Shown piece after piece: positions 23,978 to 54,162 of a stretch of DNA of 64,000 nucleotides. This DNA comes from Salpingoeca rosetta. Lineage: Eukaryota; Protista; Choanoflagellata. The position numbers were made by a program, and so were the translations under genes. The notes beneath the pieces are model-generated. The model did no database searches. It had not been told where the DNA came from and saw nothing but the letters and a program-made list of their open reading frames with translations. The stretch covers positions 667,945-731,944 of the forward strand of contig JAWQFM010000027.1 of assembly GCA_033442325.1 (NCBI GenBank), in the 5' to 3' direction. Every line of letters begins with the position of its first letter. Within the stretch, counting starts at the first letter, position 1.

Positions 23978-24677
23978 GCACGCAAGCAGGTGCAATATTG
24001 CTGCTCTTCTTTCTTGGTTGGATGTGCTTAACTTGAGGTGGGGGCGTGCGGTGGGTAAGGGTGGGGATTGATTTGATTGGTTAGGTTCGAACCAAAGAGA
24101 GAGCTGGTGGGAAAGCTGTATGAGCGTGGGAGAGATGGGGGGGGGAGAGAGAGGAGAGAATGGCGTTGTGGGCAGCGTTGTGTTGTGGGGCTGCCCCACA
24201 ACGGCCACCTAAACCATGATGTGTTTACAACGCTGTTGCCAATGCGTCGTTTGAAAACAGAACACAGCTTTGTTGTGTGTGTGCGGCCTGGGCCTTGCGT
24301 TCGTGGGTGCACGAATCTGAGGAGAATCTGCTGCTTCTCATCATCAATGATTGTCTGATGTCAGCGGCAGTGGCAGCAGCGACTTTTGATGTCGCAAGGG
24401 CGTTTTATCCGCAAACTTTCTTCTTGGCGGCTTCTTGGGGCAACCAAATTTCTGTCTGTCTGGAAGGGAAAAACAAACAAACGCTTTCTCTGTTCTCTGT
24501 TGAAGAAGATACACACACACGCGCGCACACGCACACGCACACACAGCACACACCTAGACACCGAGCACCTACACACACTTCTTGAGTGACCTGACACCAG
24601 TCGAGGAACCCGGTGGGCCTCAACAAGTCAACAACAAAGTGACGACGTGACGACAACCTCATACGACTGCTGTTGCC

Positions 24678-25027
24678 ATGACCGTCTTCTCTCTGGCCTT
24701 GATCGTTTTGGTGGCGTCAGCGTCAGGGATCCTCGACAGCACCTTGGCACTCGACGTCGGCGAAGAGGTCGAGTGCAGTCTTGAAGCGAGTAGTTGTCTT
24801 GTGGTGTAGTGGTGGTTATGTTACTTGGTTGCACTTAGACTTGTGTTTGTTTGTTTGTGTGCTTGTCTGCTGTGTTTTGGTGCGTTTCGTTTCCTGTTCA
24901 ACTTGTTGAGCCATTATTCTATTCTATTATTCCAGCGTGCTGTAGCGTGCATCTGCATGCAAAGCTGTCAGTGACGCACACACTCCTGCAGACACACACA
25001 CCCTCCTACCCTCACACACACTCACAC

Positions 25028-25063
<36 letters not shown>

Positions 25064-28000
25064 ACGCACTGCACACACAATCACACCCTCACACACACAC
25101 AATCACGCACTGCACACACAATCACGCACTGCACACACGTACACGCCTACACGATGCTGCAGGCTGCCGTGTTGTGCGATGAGGTGGAGACCACTCTGAA
25201 ACGCGTCAAAACTACACTGGTTAAGCACAGCGTGCCCTTCAGCACCACCGCGGGCATTCACAAGCAGTCCCATGATGATGTACATCTTCACACTGAGAAC
25301 GGCGCTGCTGTCAACCACACCCATGTGGGCCCACGGTTGACAGTTGACCTGTCCTCGATCCAACGCATGATGCGCGCTTTTGGGTGCCCAAAGAAGGCTG
25401 CACGCAAACTTCAAAGACCCACAAACTTCCCAGGCACAAGACGACACAACCCTCAACCCAATATCTTGAGTGACAACAACACCGCACCTAGCTCCCTTCC
25501 CAGGCGGTTCTCTCGCATGCGACGAAACAGTGACCCAAACGTGCAGCAAGGCCAGTGCACGCTGGCAAGTCTCATTGATGGCTCTTGTCCAGGCACAAGG
25601 CGGGGTGGACTCACCATCACACTGTTCAAGGATGACCTTGTGAACGGAAGTGCTGATACAAGCACGCTTCGCACGCTTTCTCCCGCTGTGTTTCGACTCA
25701 CACTAAATGGCCATGTCCAGCAGCCCCTGCTCCAATGGCTGCTTCAAAACGGCGTGTGGACAACTTGTCGCTTTCTAACTGTCGAGGGCGCGCAGTTTCC
25801 TACATTCCCGTTGAGCGACCTCAACCCACTCAGCGATATTCGCAGTATCCGAATTCGCCACAGCGATGTTCTGCGGGGAGTAGATTCAAGCGGGTTCAAC
25901 CACGCGAAGACCCTCACCGCACTCCGCATCATCAACTGCTCCCTTTCATTCGTCCCTGATGTTGCTGGCATGACGTCACTGAGGACCCTGAGCTTGCGCG
26001 ACAACCGTATCCGTCAAGTCACTGCGGAACACTTGAACGGGTTGTCATCGCTGCGAGAGCTGTCATTGGACACTAACCTCATTGCTCGAGTCCAAGCAGT
26101 GTCGTTCGGTGACCTGACAGCACTGCGAAGGCTGACCATCTTCTCAAATGACATTAGCGCCATCCCCCCAGGCCTGTTTCACCCACTCACAGCCCTCACG
26201 CGACTTGAGCTGCAGCGCAATCCCATCCGACAGCTGGACGCCGATGTGTTCGCTGCACTTTCGACGCTTGACAACCTCATCCTCGAAAGCACACTGCTCA
26301 CGAGTTTGCCGCCAACTGTATTTCGAAACACCACTCGCTTAACTGTCCTTGGCTTGGCAAACAACTTCCTCACATCCCTTCCCGAGACCGTGTTCGCCGG
26401 TCTCTCGTCCCTGGAACACCTGCAAGTCTTCAACAACCGACTAACGTCGCTAGCATCAGACGTGTTCCAAGACTTGACGGTGCTAACAGCCCTGTTCATT
26501 GACAAGAACGAGCTGCGTTCATTGCCACGTGGCCTCCTTCAGTCCAACACGCGCCTGCGTACTTTCTTCTGCAACGACAACCGTCTGACTGCGCTTCCAA
26601 GCAGCCTGTTCGCCAACACGTCTGCGCTGAACCAGGCATCTTTGGCGACGAATGCTCTTCGATCCATTGATGCCGTCATCGAAGCGGCGTCCTTTTCCTC
26701 TCTGAGCTTCCTCGATGTGCATGACAATCAATTGACGCGTGTACATCTACCCAGGGCTCTGCCTGCCCTGCGTGAATTGGCCTTCAATGACAATCCAGTT
26801 CGAGAACTGCCGAACCTCGACATGCTGCCTGAGTTGAGGGTTTTTCGATTGCAACACCACCTGGTAAGACGCATCGACCTGGCAGCTTTCCTGGCGCTGC
26901 CCCACTTGGAAGTGCTTGAACTTGACGCTGCCCCTGAGGCCGAGTCCAAGGCAGTATTGTCAGACTCCAGCGCGGATCGCATTGCACCTTTGGCAAAGCT
27001 GAGCGTGGAGAATGTGGACATCAGCGCCATCGTTTCGTCACTTGGGCAATTGGCATCGCTTAACCTAAGTGCACTGCACGCGGGCTGGCCCGGCGCCACC
27101 AGCGACACGCTCCCCATAAGTGCCCTTTGCAGCATGCTTGCAAGCACCGTACAAGAACTCCGCATCGCCAACACGCATCACAGCGGGATTGACCTGTGCC
27201 CTGACAAGGCATTTGACGTGCTTCTTCTCACGGACAACAGGCGTCTTGAATCCATTACCGTTCACGACCCACTGCGTGAGCTCAACGTGTCCGGCTGCAC
27301 CCAGCTTACTTCCATTGATGCCCCTCCCATTGACATCCTCGACATCAGCAGCACCAACTTGCCGCTCACGGGTGCACTGTGCACGCGGTGGGGGCGACGT
27401 GTTCTCTTCGCTCGCAACTTGGGCGGAGTCGTCGACATTCGCCGCGCTGCAGCAATTGCACACAAATGCCTTGAGCAAGTGGACGTGCTGGATCTCTCAG
27501 GCAACTCATGGCTTCGTCATCAAGCAGAGATTAATCGCGTTGTGGAGACGAAGATTGTCTTGTCACATGACATGTTCTTGAGCGCTGACTTTGGTGAGAT
27601 TGCCAATCGCCCAATTCCTCCGATTTTCCAGCTGACTGACGCGCCCATTGAATGTGAGCTTGAGCTGTCAAACCAGAACCTGAGATTACACACTGATCGC
27701 TCTGTGCTGACGCCTCAAATCGTGTACGCATTCCACTGCACGTGCGCCCGCGGCTTCAAGTTGACGTCTAACGGGCGCTGCGTTGAACGCAGTGATGATA
27801 TTGCTGGTGTTGCTGCTGGTTCTGTGATTGGTGGGCTGTTCTTTGGCCTGTTTGTGGCGTGGCTGTCACGCCGCTATCGGGGCCTCACCAAGCGCATTGG
27901 CCTGCAGGAGCAGCTGCTGGTGGAGATGGATGAGGAGGTCACAGCGTTGAAGAAGGCGTGGGAGATTGGGTTTGGTGAGCTGAGGCTTGTTGAGCGTGTG

Positions 28001-29198
28001 GCTGCAGGTGCGTTTGGCGTGGTGTTCAAGGCGGAGTGGGACACGGTGATGGTGGCAGTCAAAGTACTGCAGCAAAGTGTGATGATGTTTGACGAGAGCA
28101 CGGTGCTTGAGTTTGAGAAGGAGGTGGAGTTTTTGCAGCGGACACGGCACCCCAACGTGGTGCGGTTCTTTGGTGCGGGCACAGATCCCAGCGGCAGCCC
28201 GTTCCTGGTGCTGGAGTTTGTGGCGATGGGGTCACTCAAGGACCTGCTGGGGAAGGATATGGAACAGGTGTTGATGGAAGTGAAGCGGGATGTTGTTGGC
28301 TGCACAGATGCAGGTGTGGTCGCGGAGGATGTGGATGAGGAATTGACGTTGATCAGCACGGAAAGTGACCGAAGAGCAGAGACGATGACTATATGGGAGT
28401 TGAAGCTGCGTCTGCTACGAGATATTGCCAGTGGGATGGCCTTTATCCACAGCCTCGATCAGATGCATCGGTGAGTGGGATATTTGTGTTTGTGTTTGTG
28501 TGTGTGTGTGTTTGTGTTTGTGTTTGTGTGTGTGCGCGTGTGCGCGCATGTGTGTGTGTGTGCGTGTTTGTGTGTGTTTGCATGCATGCAGGCACGTGCT
28601 CTCGCTCATCGCCCATCCTAGCCTCATCCCACCCACCAACACCACCTCAACAGAGACCTGAAGAGCGGCAACGTGCTGGTTTCGTCGTCCCTTCGCGCCA
28701 AGATTACGGATTTCGGATCCATTCGCCAGTGCTTCACGCGTGGCGGTGGAGGTGGCAGAGCCCATGGTAGCGGCCACACTCGCCTCTCCTCCTCCAGCCA
28801 TGATGTTGATGATCCGCAATACAGCCAGCAAGCTGGGCTGCAGACAATGACGAGCATGACGCTGACGGCTGGCGTGGGCACGCCGCTGTACATGGCACCA
28901 GAGGCATTGACGGGCGACAAGTACAGCTTCGAGGCCGACATCTTCAGCTTTGGCGTGCTGATGTGGGAGGTGGCGACGCAGCGACCACCGGATCTGATCG
29001 AGCAGGAGAAGGGGAGTGACTTCAGGGGATCACTGCTTCCTGCAATCACAGAGCTCTTGATGGAGGGCAAGCGGCTCAAGTTCGAAGACAGCGAGCAAGA
29101 AGGTGAGATTTGTTGTGTGTGTGTGTGTGTGTTTAGATTGCTTGACCACGCGTCCTTCTCCTCTTCTCTCTCTCACACACACACACATACACATACCT

Positions 29199-29239
<41 letters not shown>

Positions 29240-29364
29240 ACACCACCACACACTTTCCGATAGCCATCCCCGAGTGGTTCCAGTCGCTGACGTACAAGTG
29301 CATGGCGCAGAACCCGCGTGAGCGCCCGTCGTTTGGAGAATTGAAGGATCACCACTTTGCTTAA
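24678..29364 (+). CDS. LRR transmembrane receptor kinase, TKL group (copy 2); exons 24678-24767, 25163-28470, 28654-29102, 29264-29364
   Basis: Signal peptide [17 protein letters not shown], same intron positions and phases as copy 1, LRRs, TM ([22 protein letters not shown]), near-identical kinase. Confidence 0.93.
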
Positions 29365-29709
29365 TTACAGCCTCCTCTCTTCCTCTGTGTTCTGTTGTGT
29401 TGTCTTGTTGTCGTTTGTCCTTTTGTCTGTTTGTGCTTGCTGCCCATGTCGTTGGTGATCACTTTGACCAGGTGACAAGTGTATTTGGGGCGATGTTCAA
29501 CTCAGGAAGGAGAGTGCGCGCGAGAAGGAAGGCAAGAGACGGAGAGAGGAAGGCGAAGGCCTGCTTCATGCTTTCATGTCACATCATCAAGATCAATCAC
29601 ACGTCACACAGCTCAAACGGCAAACCAAACAAGCCAAGCAAGGAAGAGAAGAGAGAAGAAGAAGCAAGAAATCCATTCTTCCACAAACAACAAACCACCA
29701 CCACCACCG

Positions 29710-36701
<6,992 letters not shown>

Positions 36702-36933
36702 CCACGTTCACACACACACACACACACACACACCTACGCACACAAGCGCGCGTAACTGCTGTGCCATGTGTTGTTGGCATTCGTTTAATGGCACTTTTTG
36801 TGGCATAGTGCGATGATGGCAAAATATAACGCGGGGCAATGAAACGGGAATGGTTGTCTTGTGCATTGCAACGCAGTGTCTCAATGTGACAATTTGAGAC
36901 ACACAAGGAGTCCGATAGGGCGACTGCAGGTCA

Positions 36934-37022
<89 letters not shown>

Positions 37023-37036
37023 ACACACAAATGGCG

Positions 37037-37696
37037 TCACTCCTGGGCCACCTCGTCCTCGTCCTCGTTGATGGAGAGCATGTTCGGTGCAAACTGCGGC
37101 TTCTTCGCCTTGCGCCTCATGGCCCTCAGCACCTGCGACCGTGGCAACCCTTGTGGCTGCTGCTGACCTCGCTGGCCTTGCTGGTATCCTGGCGCTGTTG
37201 ATGGCACCGCGGTGTCGCATCCGCGGCTGGCGGGGGTGTTGGGCGGTGCGCAGACGCCCTCGTCCTCCTTGCAGGCGACGGTGCCGCCCATGTTGCTGTT
37301 CAGCTCGGCAAGCTTGCGCTCCAGCGTGCCTGGAAACGGGCTCGGCTTGCGCTGGAGCTTTGGCATGCGCTTCGTCACAACCGGCGCTGATGGAAACGAG
37401 TTCTCCGCCTCTTCTGCCATGATGGCTGCCTCCTCGGCGTCGTAGCTGCTGGTGCTGGTGCTGGTGCTGGTGCTGCTGCCAATGCTGCTGCTACTGGTGG
37501 TGTGGCTGTTGCGAGGCTCGCGCGTGTTGTCATTGCGCACGGCAGCTGGGCATGTGTTGCGGCGAAGGCTTGAGGCGCGCAGCGGCGAGCATGGAGAGCC
37601 ATGGGAACCACGAGATGCAGCCACCGCTGTCGGCGCCTTCTGCCGTGGGCTGGCGCTTGACATGACGACTCCGCCAGGGCGATTGGATGACAGCAT
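37037..37696 (-). CDS. Hypothetical low-complexity Ser-rich protein, apparently single exon
   Basis: Microsatellite-free GC-rich ORF of about 219 aa, MLSSNRPGG...NMLSINEDEDEVAQE*. Confidence 0.6.
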   Translation of the reverse strand: MLSSNRPGGVVMSSASPRQKAPTAVAASRGSHGSPCSPLRASSLRRNTCPAAVRNDNTREPRNSHTTSSSSIGSSTSTSTSTSSYDAEEAAIMAEEAENSFPSAPVVTKRMPKLQRKPSPFPGTLERKLAELNSNMGGTVACKEDEGVCAPPNTPASRGCDTAVPSTAPGYQQGQRGQQQPQGLPRSQVLRAMRRKAKKPQFAPNMLSINEDEDEVAQE

Positions 37697-38439
37697 GCCG
37701 CTGTTGTTTTGTTGTCGTCTGGAATGAAAGCACACGTGAGGCCTTGGAGTGCCTGCCTACTCACTTCTCTGTCGACAAGAATCACAGCTGCGGCGGAGCA
37801 GAGTGGTGCGTGTATGAGGATGGTGCTTTTGTTCTTGTGCGCTGTGCTTGCTGTGCTTGCTGCGCTTGCTTGGTTGGCGAGGAAAATGGAGGCTGCCAAA
37901 GAGAAACTCGCGTTGGCTGGTTGGTTTGTTGTCGTTTCAGGTGTTGGGCGATGCCATTGAACGTAGGCTGTCCTTTGTGCTTGCTCCCAGCAAGCAAAAC
38001 CCCGGAATGCATCCTGTCTCGTGGTCACCAACACAACACTCCAGCACAACACAACACATCTCAGCACCAGCACCAGCGTTCACCAGCATCGATTGCTGAC
38101 CATAATCTGGCAGACTCAACCACGGTTGTAGAGAATTGGTAAATATCTTGCTCTGAAATTCTCACCACACCCTGGCGCTGCGAACCACTTGAAACAAAAG
38201 CAAGGGTTGCTAGCACCCTTAAAACAACCACAGCAGCTACAGACCCAGCACACGCAAGCTACCACCCTTACAAACACAGTTACAAGCCCAGCACACGCAA
38301 GCCAGCATCTGCACACCCACACTTGCACACCCGGTCACATTCCTACACGCATAGATCCACTCACACACACGCAGACATCAGCAAGTCCACACACACACAG
38401 ACACAGACACACACACACACACACACGTGCGCGCGCGAT

Positions 38440-39922
38440 ATGCTGGCGTCAGCAAGAACGCATGTGGTTGTATCAAGAGAACAGTTGGAGTTCTTGCAGG
38501 AGGCGGGGAAAAGGCATGCGCCATGCCAGCACTTCTCGTACCTGATCAAGACGCTGGATACCTTTGAGACGCGCGCAAAGGACATTGATTCACACCAGTT
38601 TGCACATGTGGCTGCGTGGCACGATGCCATTGAGCTGTTTCGGCGGCTGCTCGCCCTCCTCACAGAGGTAGCGCAGTCCAAGCAGTTCCACACCCATGAA
38701 AAGCGCGCCTTCCTCTGGTTTTGCTTCAACAGCCACCGCTTCATCCCAGATGCCTCCCTCAGACGTGCGTTCGCCCCTGGCATTGTGATCATGATGGCTT
38801 GATGGTGATGTGTGTGTGTGTGTGATTGTGGCGTACTTGTGTGCAGTGTGTGTTTGTGTTTGTGCAAGGGGTGCTTGTGATTTGTTTGCAGTGTGTTCTC
38901 GTTTGTGCGCTTGTGCTTGTGAGTTGTGTGCAGTGTGTGCTTATGTTTGTGCACGTGTGCTTGCTGCCCGCACTGAATAGGCCTTGACCCCTCTTCCCTG
39001 TTGACAACACGTCTTCTGTTCAGCTCACGTGTGCGCATTGGTGCTACGATAGATGCTGTGGGTATCACAGCTGACACAGATTTTGCTCAAAGTATCGGGA
39101 CCTTCAGGCATGTCGGCGACTCGACAACACGGCTGGTAGTTCCCACCGACAACACAGTCTCATCATCGTCATCATCATCATTGCCATGGAGCCGCACGTT
39201 CGCCACAACCACAACAGCAACAACAGCAGCAGCAGCAGCAACAACGACGACAAGAAAACCAGCAACTAACACAGCTGCTCGAGGGAGCCGCAGAACACGA
39301 GGTCATGCATCGCCCAGGAAAGGTGGTGAGCTAGAAGTTGCGATGGCAACCAACGGTGATAATGGCGGTCAGGGTGTGAGCGTAGTCGCTGACGATGATG
39401 ACACGAAGCACAACACATCAAAGACGATGTTGGAGCGCTTCAACCTCGACTCGCCATCGGCAGCAAAGGAGGAGGGAAGCTCAGGGGCGCGTTCGTCATC
39501 GGCGCAGCTGAGGCGGCAGCGCATGATCGATCAGCTCAAGGCAGAGCCGGCCTTCCAGCAGCGACAACACCAGCAGCAGCATCGGAAACTGGAGCGACGC
39601 AGCACAGAGCTCATGCTCACGGAGAGCATCGCATATCGGGCGTCCCTTGAACGGCTTCGCCGCAGCGTCAAGAATGCACCGACAGTGCAGCCGCTCGACG
39701 GGCACGGTGGTGGTGGTGGTGGTGGAGATGGAGTGAATGGGTGGTGGCCACGTGGTGGCGACTTGGCCAGCGGTCTTCAGGTCACCTGGCTGCAACCGGT
39801 GAGCATATCGTGTGTGTGTGTGTGTGTGTGCGCGTGTGCGCGTGTGTATATGTGTACGTGCGTGTGTGTGTGAGTGTGTGTGTGAGTTTGTATGTGTTTG
39901 TGTTTGTGTGTGTGTGTTTGTT

Positions 39923-39955
<33 letters not shown>

Positions 39956-40569
39956 TTGTATGTGTGTGTGTGTGCGTGTGAGTGTGCCCTGTGCAGTGTG
40001 CCATGTCCGCCATTGTGTGCTGCACTGAGTGTGTGTTCACTTGTCACGGTTCATGTGTTATTGTGCTTGCTGTGAATGCTTCAACGGCCCCGTGTGTGCT
40101 CAGCCGCACAGTTGCCAGTGGCAGTTGTTAACATCACGCTTGCATCAACACCCCCCTCTGAAATCCTTGTCCTGCACTCTGCCACCATGTTTGTTTCCAG
40201 CAAATCAACGCGCAGTGGGACGAGTACTTTCGCGAGCGACAACAGGTGGGCTGGTGGGGATATGATTTGCTGCTTCCCCTTTTGTGTGTTGTTGTGTGCT
40301 TGCTGTTGTGAGCGCTGCTGTGGTGTGGGATTGGGAGGTAAGGGGGGCATGGTGTTCTGTTAGTCTGTTGGGGTCCTGGGGTCACACGACACATGCGCTC
40401 ATCTTCTCCTGCATTTACATACCACGACGTAATGAATGGCAACTCACCTCAGCACCTCACCTCACCGCTTCACCTCAACGCTCCACCGATTGCGACGACG
40501 AAGGAGTTGCTGCGAGATGGGCTGGCGAGCCGGGAAGCAACAAGAACCATCACGATGGACGATGGATAG
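38440..40569 (+). CDS. Hypothetical protein (about 4 exons)
   Basis: Helical exon MLASART...DASLR, in-phase AG at 38979-38980, long exon to 39798, then [15 protein letters not shown] | [21 protein letters not shown]. Confidence 0.65.
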
Positions 40570-41070
40570 ATGGATGAAGATTGCAAGACGGGAAGTGGAC
40601 TGGAGGAGCACATGACGCGATCAATCTGATCAATGAACACGTCCAGACGTCCATGGAATCTATGGAATAAAACGAGGTTCTGAGAGCTGAGAAGAAGGGA
40701 CGCGAGAGCGAGACGAGGAGAGGCACAGGAAGGAAGCGAGGAAGCTAGCAGGCGAGGAAGCGACTGTGAGGAACTGGAAGCGAGAAGGAGGAGGACAAGA
40801 AGAAAGAGAAGAAGGAGTGCACACACACACGCACACGCAAAGCAGCTGCTTCAGCTTTTTTCTTCTTCGTTCTTCGTTTTTTTTTTCTCTCTCTCTTGCT
40901 GCTTCTTGCTGCTGACACCACGCACGCTCGGATACACAACCAAGGCACCGACCGCACCAACCACATACAGAGCACAACCACACGATACCACCAAGCGGCT
41001 CAGCTGTCTCTCTCTCTCTTCCTTCCTGCTTCCACAATTCCTCCTACACACGTACATCCCCTCCGTTGAG

Positions 41071-42059
41071 ATGGCGTTTGCACGGTTGTTTGCACGTGCG
41101 GCAGCAACGGTTGCTGGTGCAGGTGTTGCGGCTGCCGCAGTTGCCACGTCTGCCGCGTCGCCGTCTGCAAGTCTGATGCGCGTGCCTGCGCATGCGGCAT
41201 GTGAGCCCATCCACGAGCCGCTCAACCCAAACAGCACCAGCGTCAACCCAGATGACGAGCAAGTCGTTGACAGGGACTCTGGCAAGTCCTTTCTTCGACA
41301 CATTAGCATGTTCAGTGGCGTGCCTGGTGCTCTCATTGGTGCTGCGTGCAGGTGCGTATGTGTTGTGTTGTGTGCGTATGTGCTGTGTTGCGTGCAGGTG
41401 CGTATGTGTTGTGTTGTGTGCATGTGTTGTGTTGTGTGCGTATGTGTTGTGTTGTGTGCATGTGTGTGCCCTGAACCCTGCTCCTACCGCCTTCTCCCTT
41501 GAACCAGCTCTCACTCACTCACTCACACACACACACACACTCTCTCTCTCTCTCACACACACACAATTGCAGGCGCCGCTTTGGGCTCATCTCCGTGTAT
41601 GGCGTTGGGTTGTATGTGGCGGAGAGCGAGGCAACCAGCTTGAATGCCCCAACAGACATCCTCAAGGGCACGGTCGAGGCGGAGCTGCAGCTCAAGTTCT
41701 GCCGCACCGTGGAGCGGGAGACCATCACTGCCAGCATCCGCGAGTCCATGGAGCCCCGCATGCCCGACAACCAGAAGGGCGCACTCGACGGCTTCATTGA
41801 CGCGCTGCACGACTTCCTGGACGGTCCCGCATATGACGGCATGCTGCTCGGGTTCCACTGGGATGGCAGCGTGCTGACCACGTACGCAGAGGGCGAGCGT
41901 CACGAGCACCACGCGGAGATGGGCATCAAGAGCGAAGCCATTCCGCGCGCCCTCTTTGCCGTCTACCTCGACGAAGACGCCGTTGTTCCGCCAGAGAAGT
42001 TTGTTGAGGGCCTCGATCAGCTCAAACAGGCCAACGCGCCCCCGCAGGACCAGGAGTAG
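41071..42059 (+). CDS. Chalcone-isomerase-fold protein (FAP/Aim18/Aim46-like), likely mitochondrial; exons 41071-41351, 41573-42059
   Basis: Ala/Arg-rich presequence; LIGAACR|RRFGLISVYGVGLYV, IKSEAIPRALFAVYLDEDAVVP are CHI-fold motifs. Confidence 0.85.
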
Positions 42060-42729
42060 CGTGCATCCATGTTGCGTGCGTGTGTGCGTGTGTGCACACG
42101 TGTGAACATTCACATGCATAAACGCGCTGTGCTGTTCTGTGCACGCCGTACCACGCCACGTTGCACCATGCATCCTGTTGCATCTGCCCTGCTGTGCTCG
42201 GTATTAGTCAAAAACACCAGTCGGTCTCGTTCCTCGTCGTGCACCCACCACGTCGCCACCGCGTCGCGTCGTTTCATTCGACTTTACCTCCTCTCTCTCC
42301 TCCCCACACCCCCACTTGCTGCACTTTGTTGGACGAACACTGCCACTGTTGTCAATAGCCATCCAAGCGTTTGCCACCGCCTCCCTGTCCTATATCTGCA
42401 TGTCTGTCTGTCCATCTCATGTGTTGCTGTGTCTTGTCCAGAACCACTTCCCTACTCCTCCTCCTCCTCCGCCTTTCGCTTGGCATAACCAATTCCTCCC
42501 ACCACCTCCATCCAGTACACAACAAACCCGCCCATTTGTGTGGTGTGACTCTTGTATGGACTGAGACGCAAGCACGGGCATATGCACAATCGTGGCTTGA
42601 GGAAGCACAAGGGAGGGAAGCAGCACACAATTCAGATACGCATGGTAACTAACACAAGAGGAGCGCTGTCGTCGCAATAGACAGACCCGCACAGCAAAGA
42701 ACATCACGCGCGTGACCTGCACGCCAAGA

Positions 42730-42844
<115 letters not shown>

Positions 42845-42884
42845 ACACACAGTCACTCTGCAAGCTTTGGCTTCTTCGTGGCCA

Positions 42885-43089
42885 CGCCATCCGCGCCATC
42901 GCCGCCTGTTGTCGTCTTTGGAGGACCGAGCGTGATCTTCAACTTGACCGGTGACGACGACGATGCAGCAGCAGGTGCTGTTGGCACTGTTGGCGCACTT
43001 GCTGTTGGGACCGTTGGCGTTGCTGCAGGTGTTGTCGCCATCCGCGCCATCGCCGCCTGTTGTCGTCTTTGGAGGACCGAGCGTGATCT

Positions 43090-43109
<20 letters not shown>
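42885..43109. repeat. Perfect 74-bp direct repeat (42885-42958 and 43036-43109) at the INO80 3' end
   Basis: cgccatccgcgccatc...ttgaccggtgacgac occurs twice, 151 nt apart. Confidence 0.95.
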
Positions 43110-52616
<9,507 letters not shown>

Positions 52617-52623
52617 CTTTACC

Positions 52624-52744
<121 letters not shown>

Positions 52745-54162
52745 AAGAACTGCGCCTGGTACTGCTTGCGGTCTCGCCTGTGGCTGTCGTGCGTGCGTGT
52801 CTGCTGCGATGTCACAACGTCAATGATCCTCTGTTGCTGTCAATATGAAAATCAATCGCGTGTACCCACACTGAACAGTCGCAGCCACGTGTGGTTCTTC
52901 TTGACGTTACTCAAACAAGAGCCTCCACCACCAACCACAACCGGGAGTGAGAGCTGTCGTCGTCTATGGATAAATTGGTGTGACGGGATTGCCACCAAAA
53001 ACCCTTCCTCGTTCGCAAACAACAACAGCGACAGCTTGCTTCATGGATTTATGTTCGACCAAGAAGAACAAGAAGAAGACACGAACGAAGCGTTCCAACC
53101 GCTCTGCTCTGTTCTTCTTCTTGTTGTTGTTGCGTGTTTGCCTGCTCGTCTTGCTTGCTTGCTTGTCTTGCTTGCTTTGAGTCCCCGCCCTTTCTCTTTC
53201 TCTGAGTGGCTGCGGCGGCAGGGCCGTGTCCGGACAGGGCAACTGGGACGCCCTCAGTTCGGATATTTACTGGAAGATATTGAAAACATGGGCTAATGCG
53301 AATGATTCTTTCGCAGATCGTCAGCAGCGGAAAAAATTGCTGCGCGGTCTACCCAACATTGGTGCCCACTAGACAATTTGCCATGTCTTTTTCGACTTTT
53401 CCACTACACGTGAGTTTGCCTTGCTGCCTCAGCGCAAGCCAAGGCAGGGAGAGCGAGTGTGGTGCAGGTGATAGAGGGAAGGCGATCACGGCTGACGGCG
53501 ACGATGATAAGGGGTGGTGGTGTGGAGAGCGGCAGTGGGGGTTTGAGTGATGATGAAAGCGGGGAAAGGGCGCTTTGGTGGAGGCGGAAGGGACTGAAGA
53601 AGACAGAGAGGGGGGGGGGGAAGGAGGGACGGGTTAGGAAGCACGTACAGTGATGGTGTCTTTCGATTGTGGTGGCGGTGGCGGCGAAAGTGCTTGTTGG
53701 GGGGGGGGGGGTTAGCGTTGGATCGGTTATCATGTGTCGCCATGCCATGTGCATGCACTGGTTGCGATCCATCCATCCCATCCATCCCATCCATCCACTG
53801 CACAGACAAACCCAACAAGCACAAGCAAACGCACAAACCAAGACCTGCACATCACATGCACGCACACTAGAATACGTATTTGTGCACACGTCAACTCACA
53901 TTGCTGTTGCTGTTCCACCACGCACACGCACACGCACATGCACATGCGCTTGCACATGGGGTAACACGCTGCTGCTTCTCCAACACCTCGTTCGCCTCCC
54001 CGAACCGCCTTCCTGCCTCTTTTGTTGTTTCTCTCTTGTTCTTGGTTTCCTCTCTCCCTCTCTCTCTTTCGCGTCCTTTGTTGTGAGCGCAGTCTCTACT
54101 TTTCCAACCCACCACTTTCCACCCACAACCACATTTGTGGACCCCCCAGCGGACTCGCAGCC

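Noticed and set aside
24084-24093. GGTTCGAACC resembling a tRNA T-loop/B-box
   Set aside because: No cloverleaf or A-box around it.
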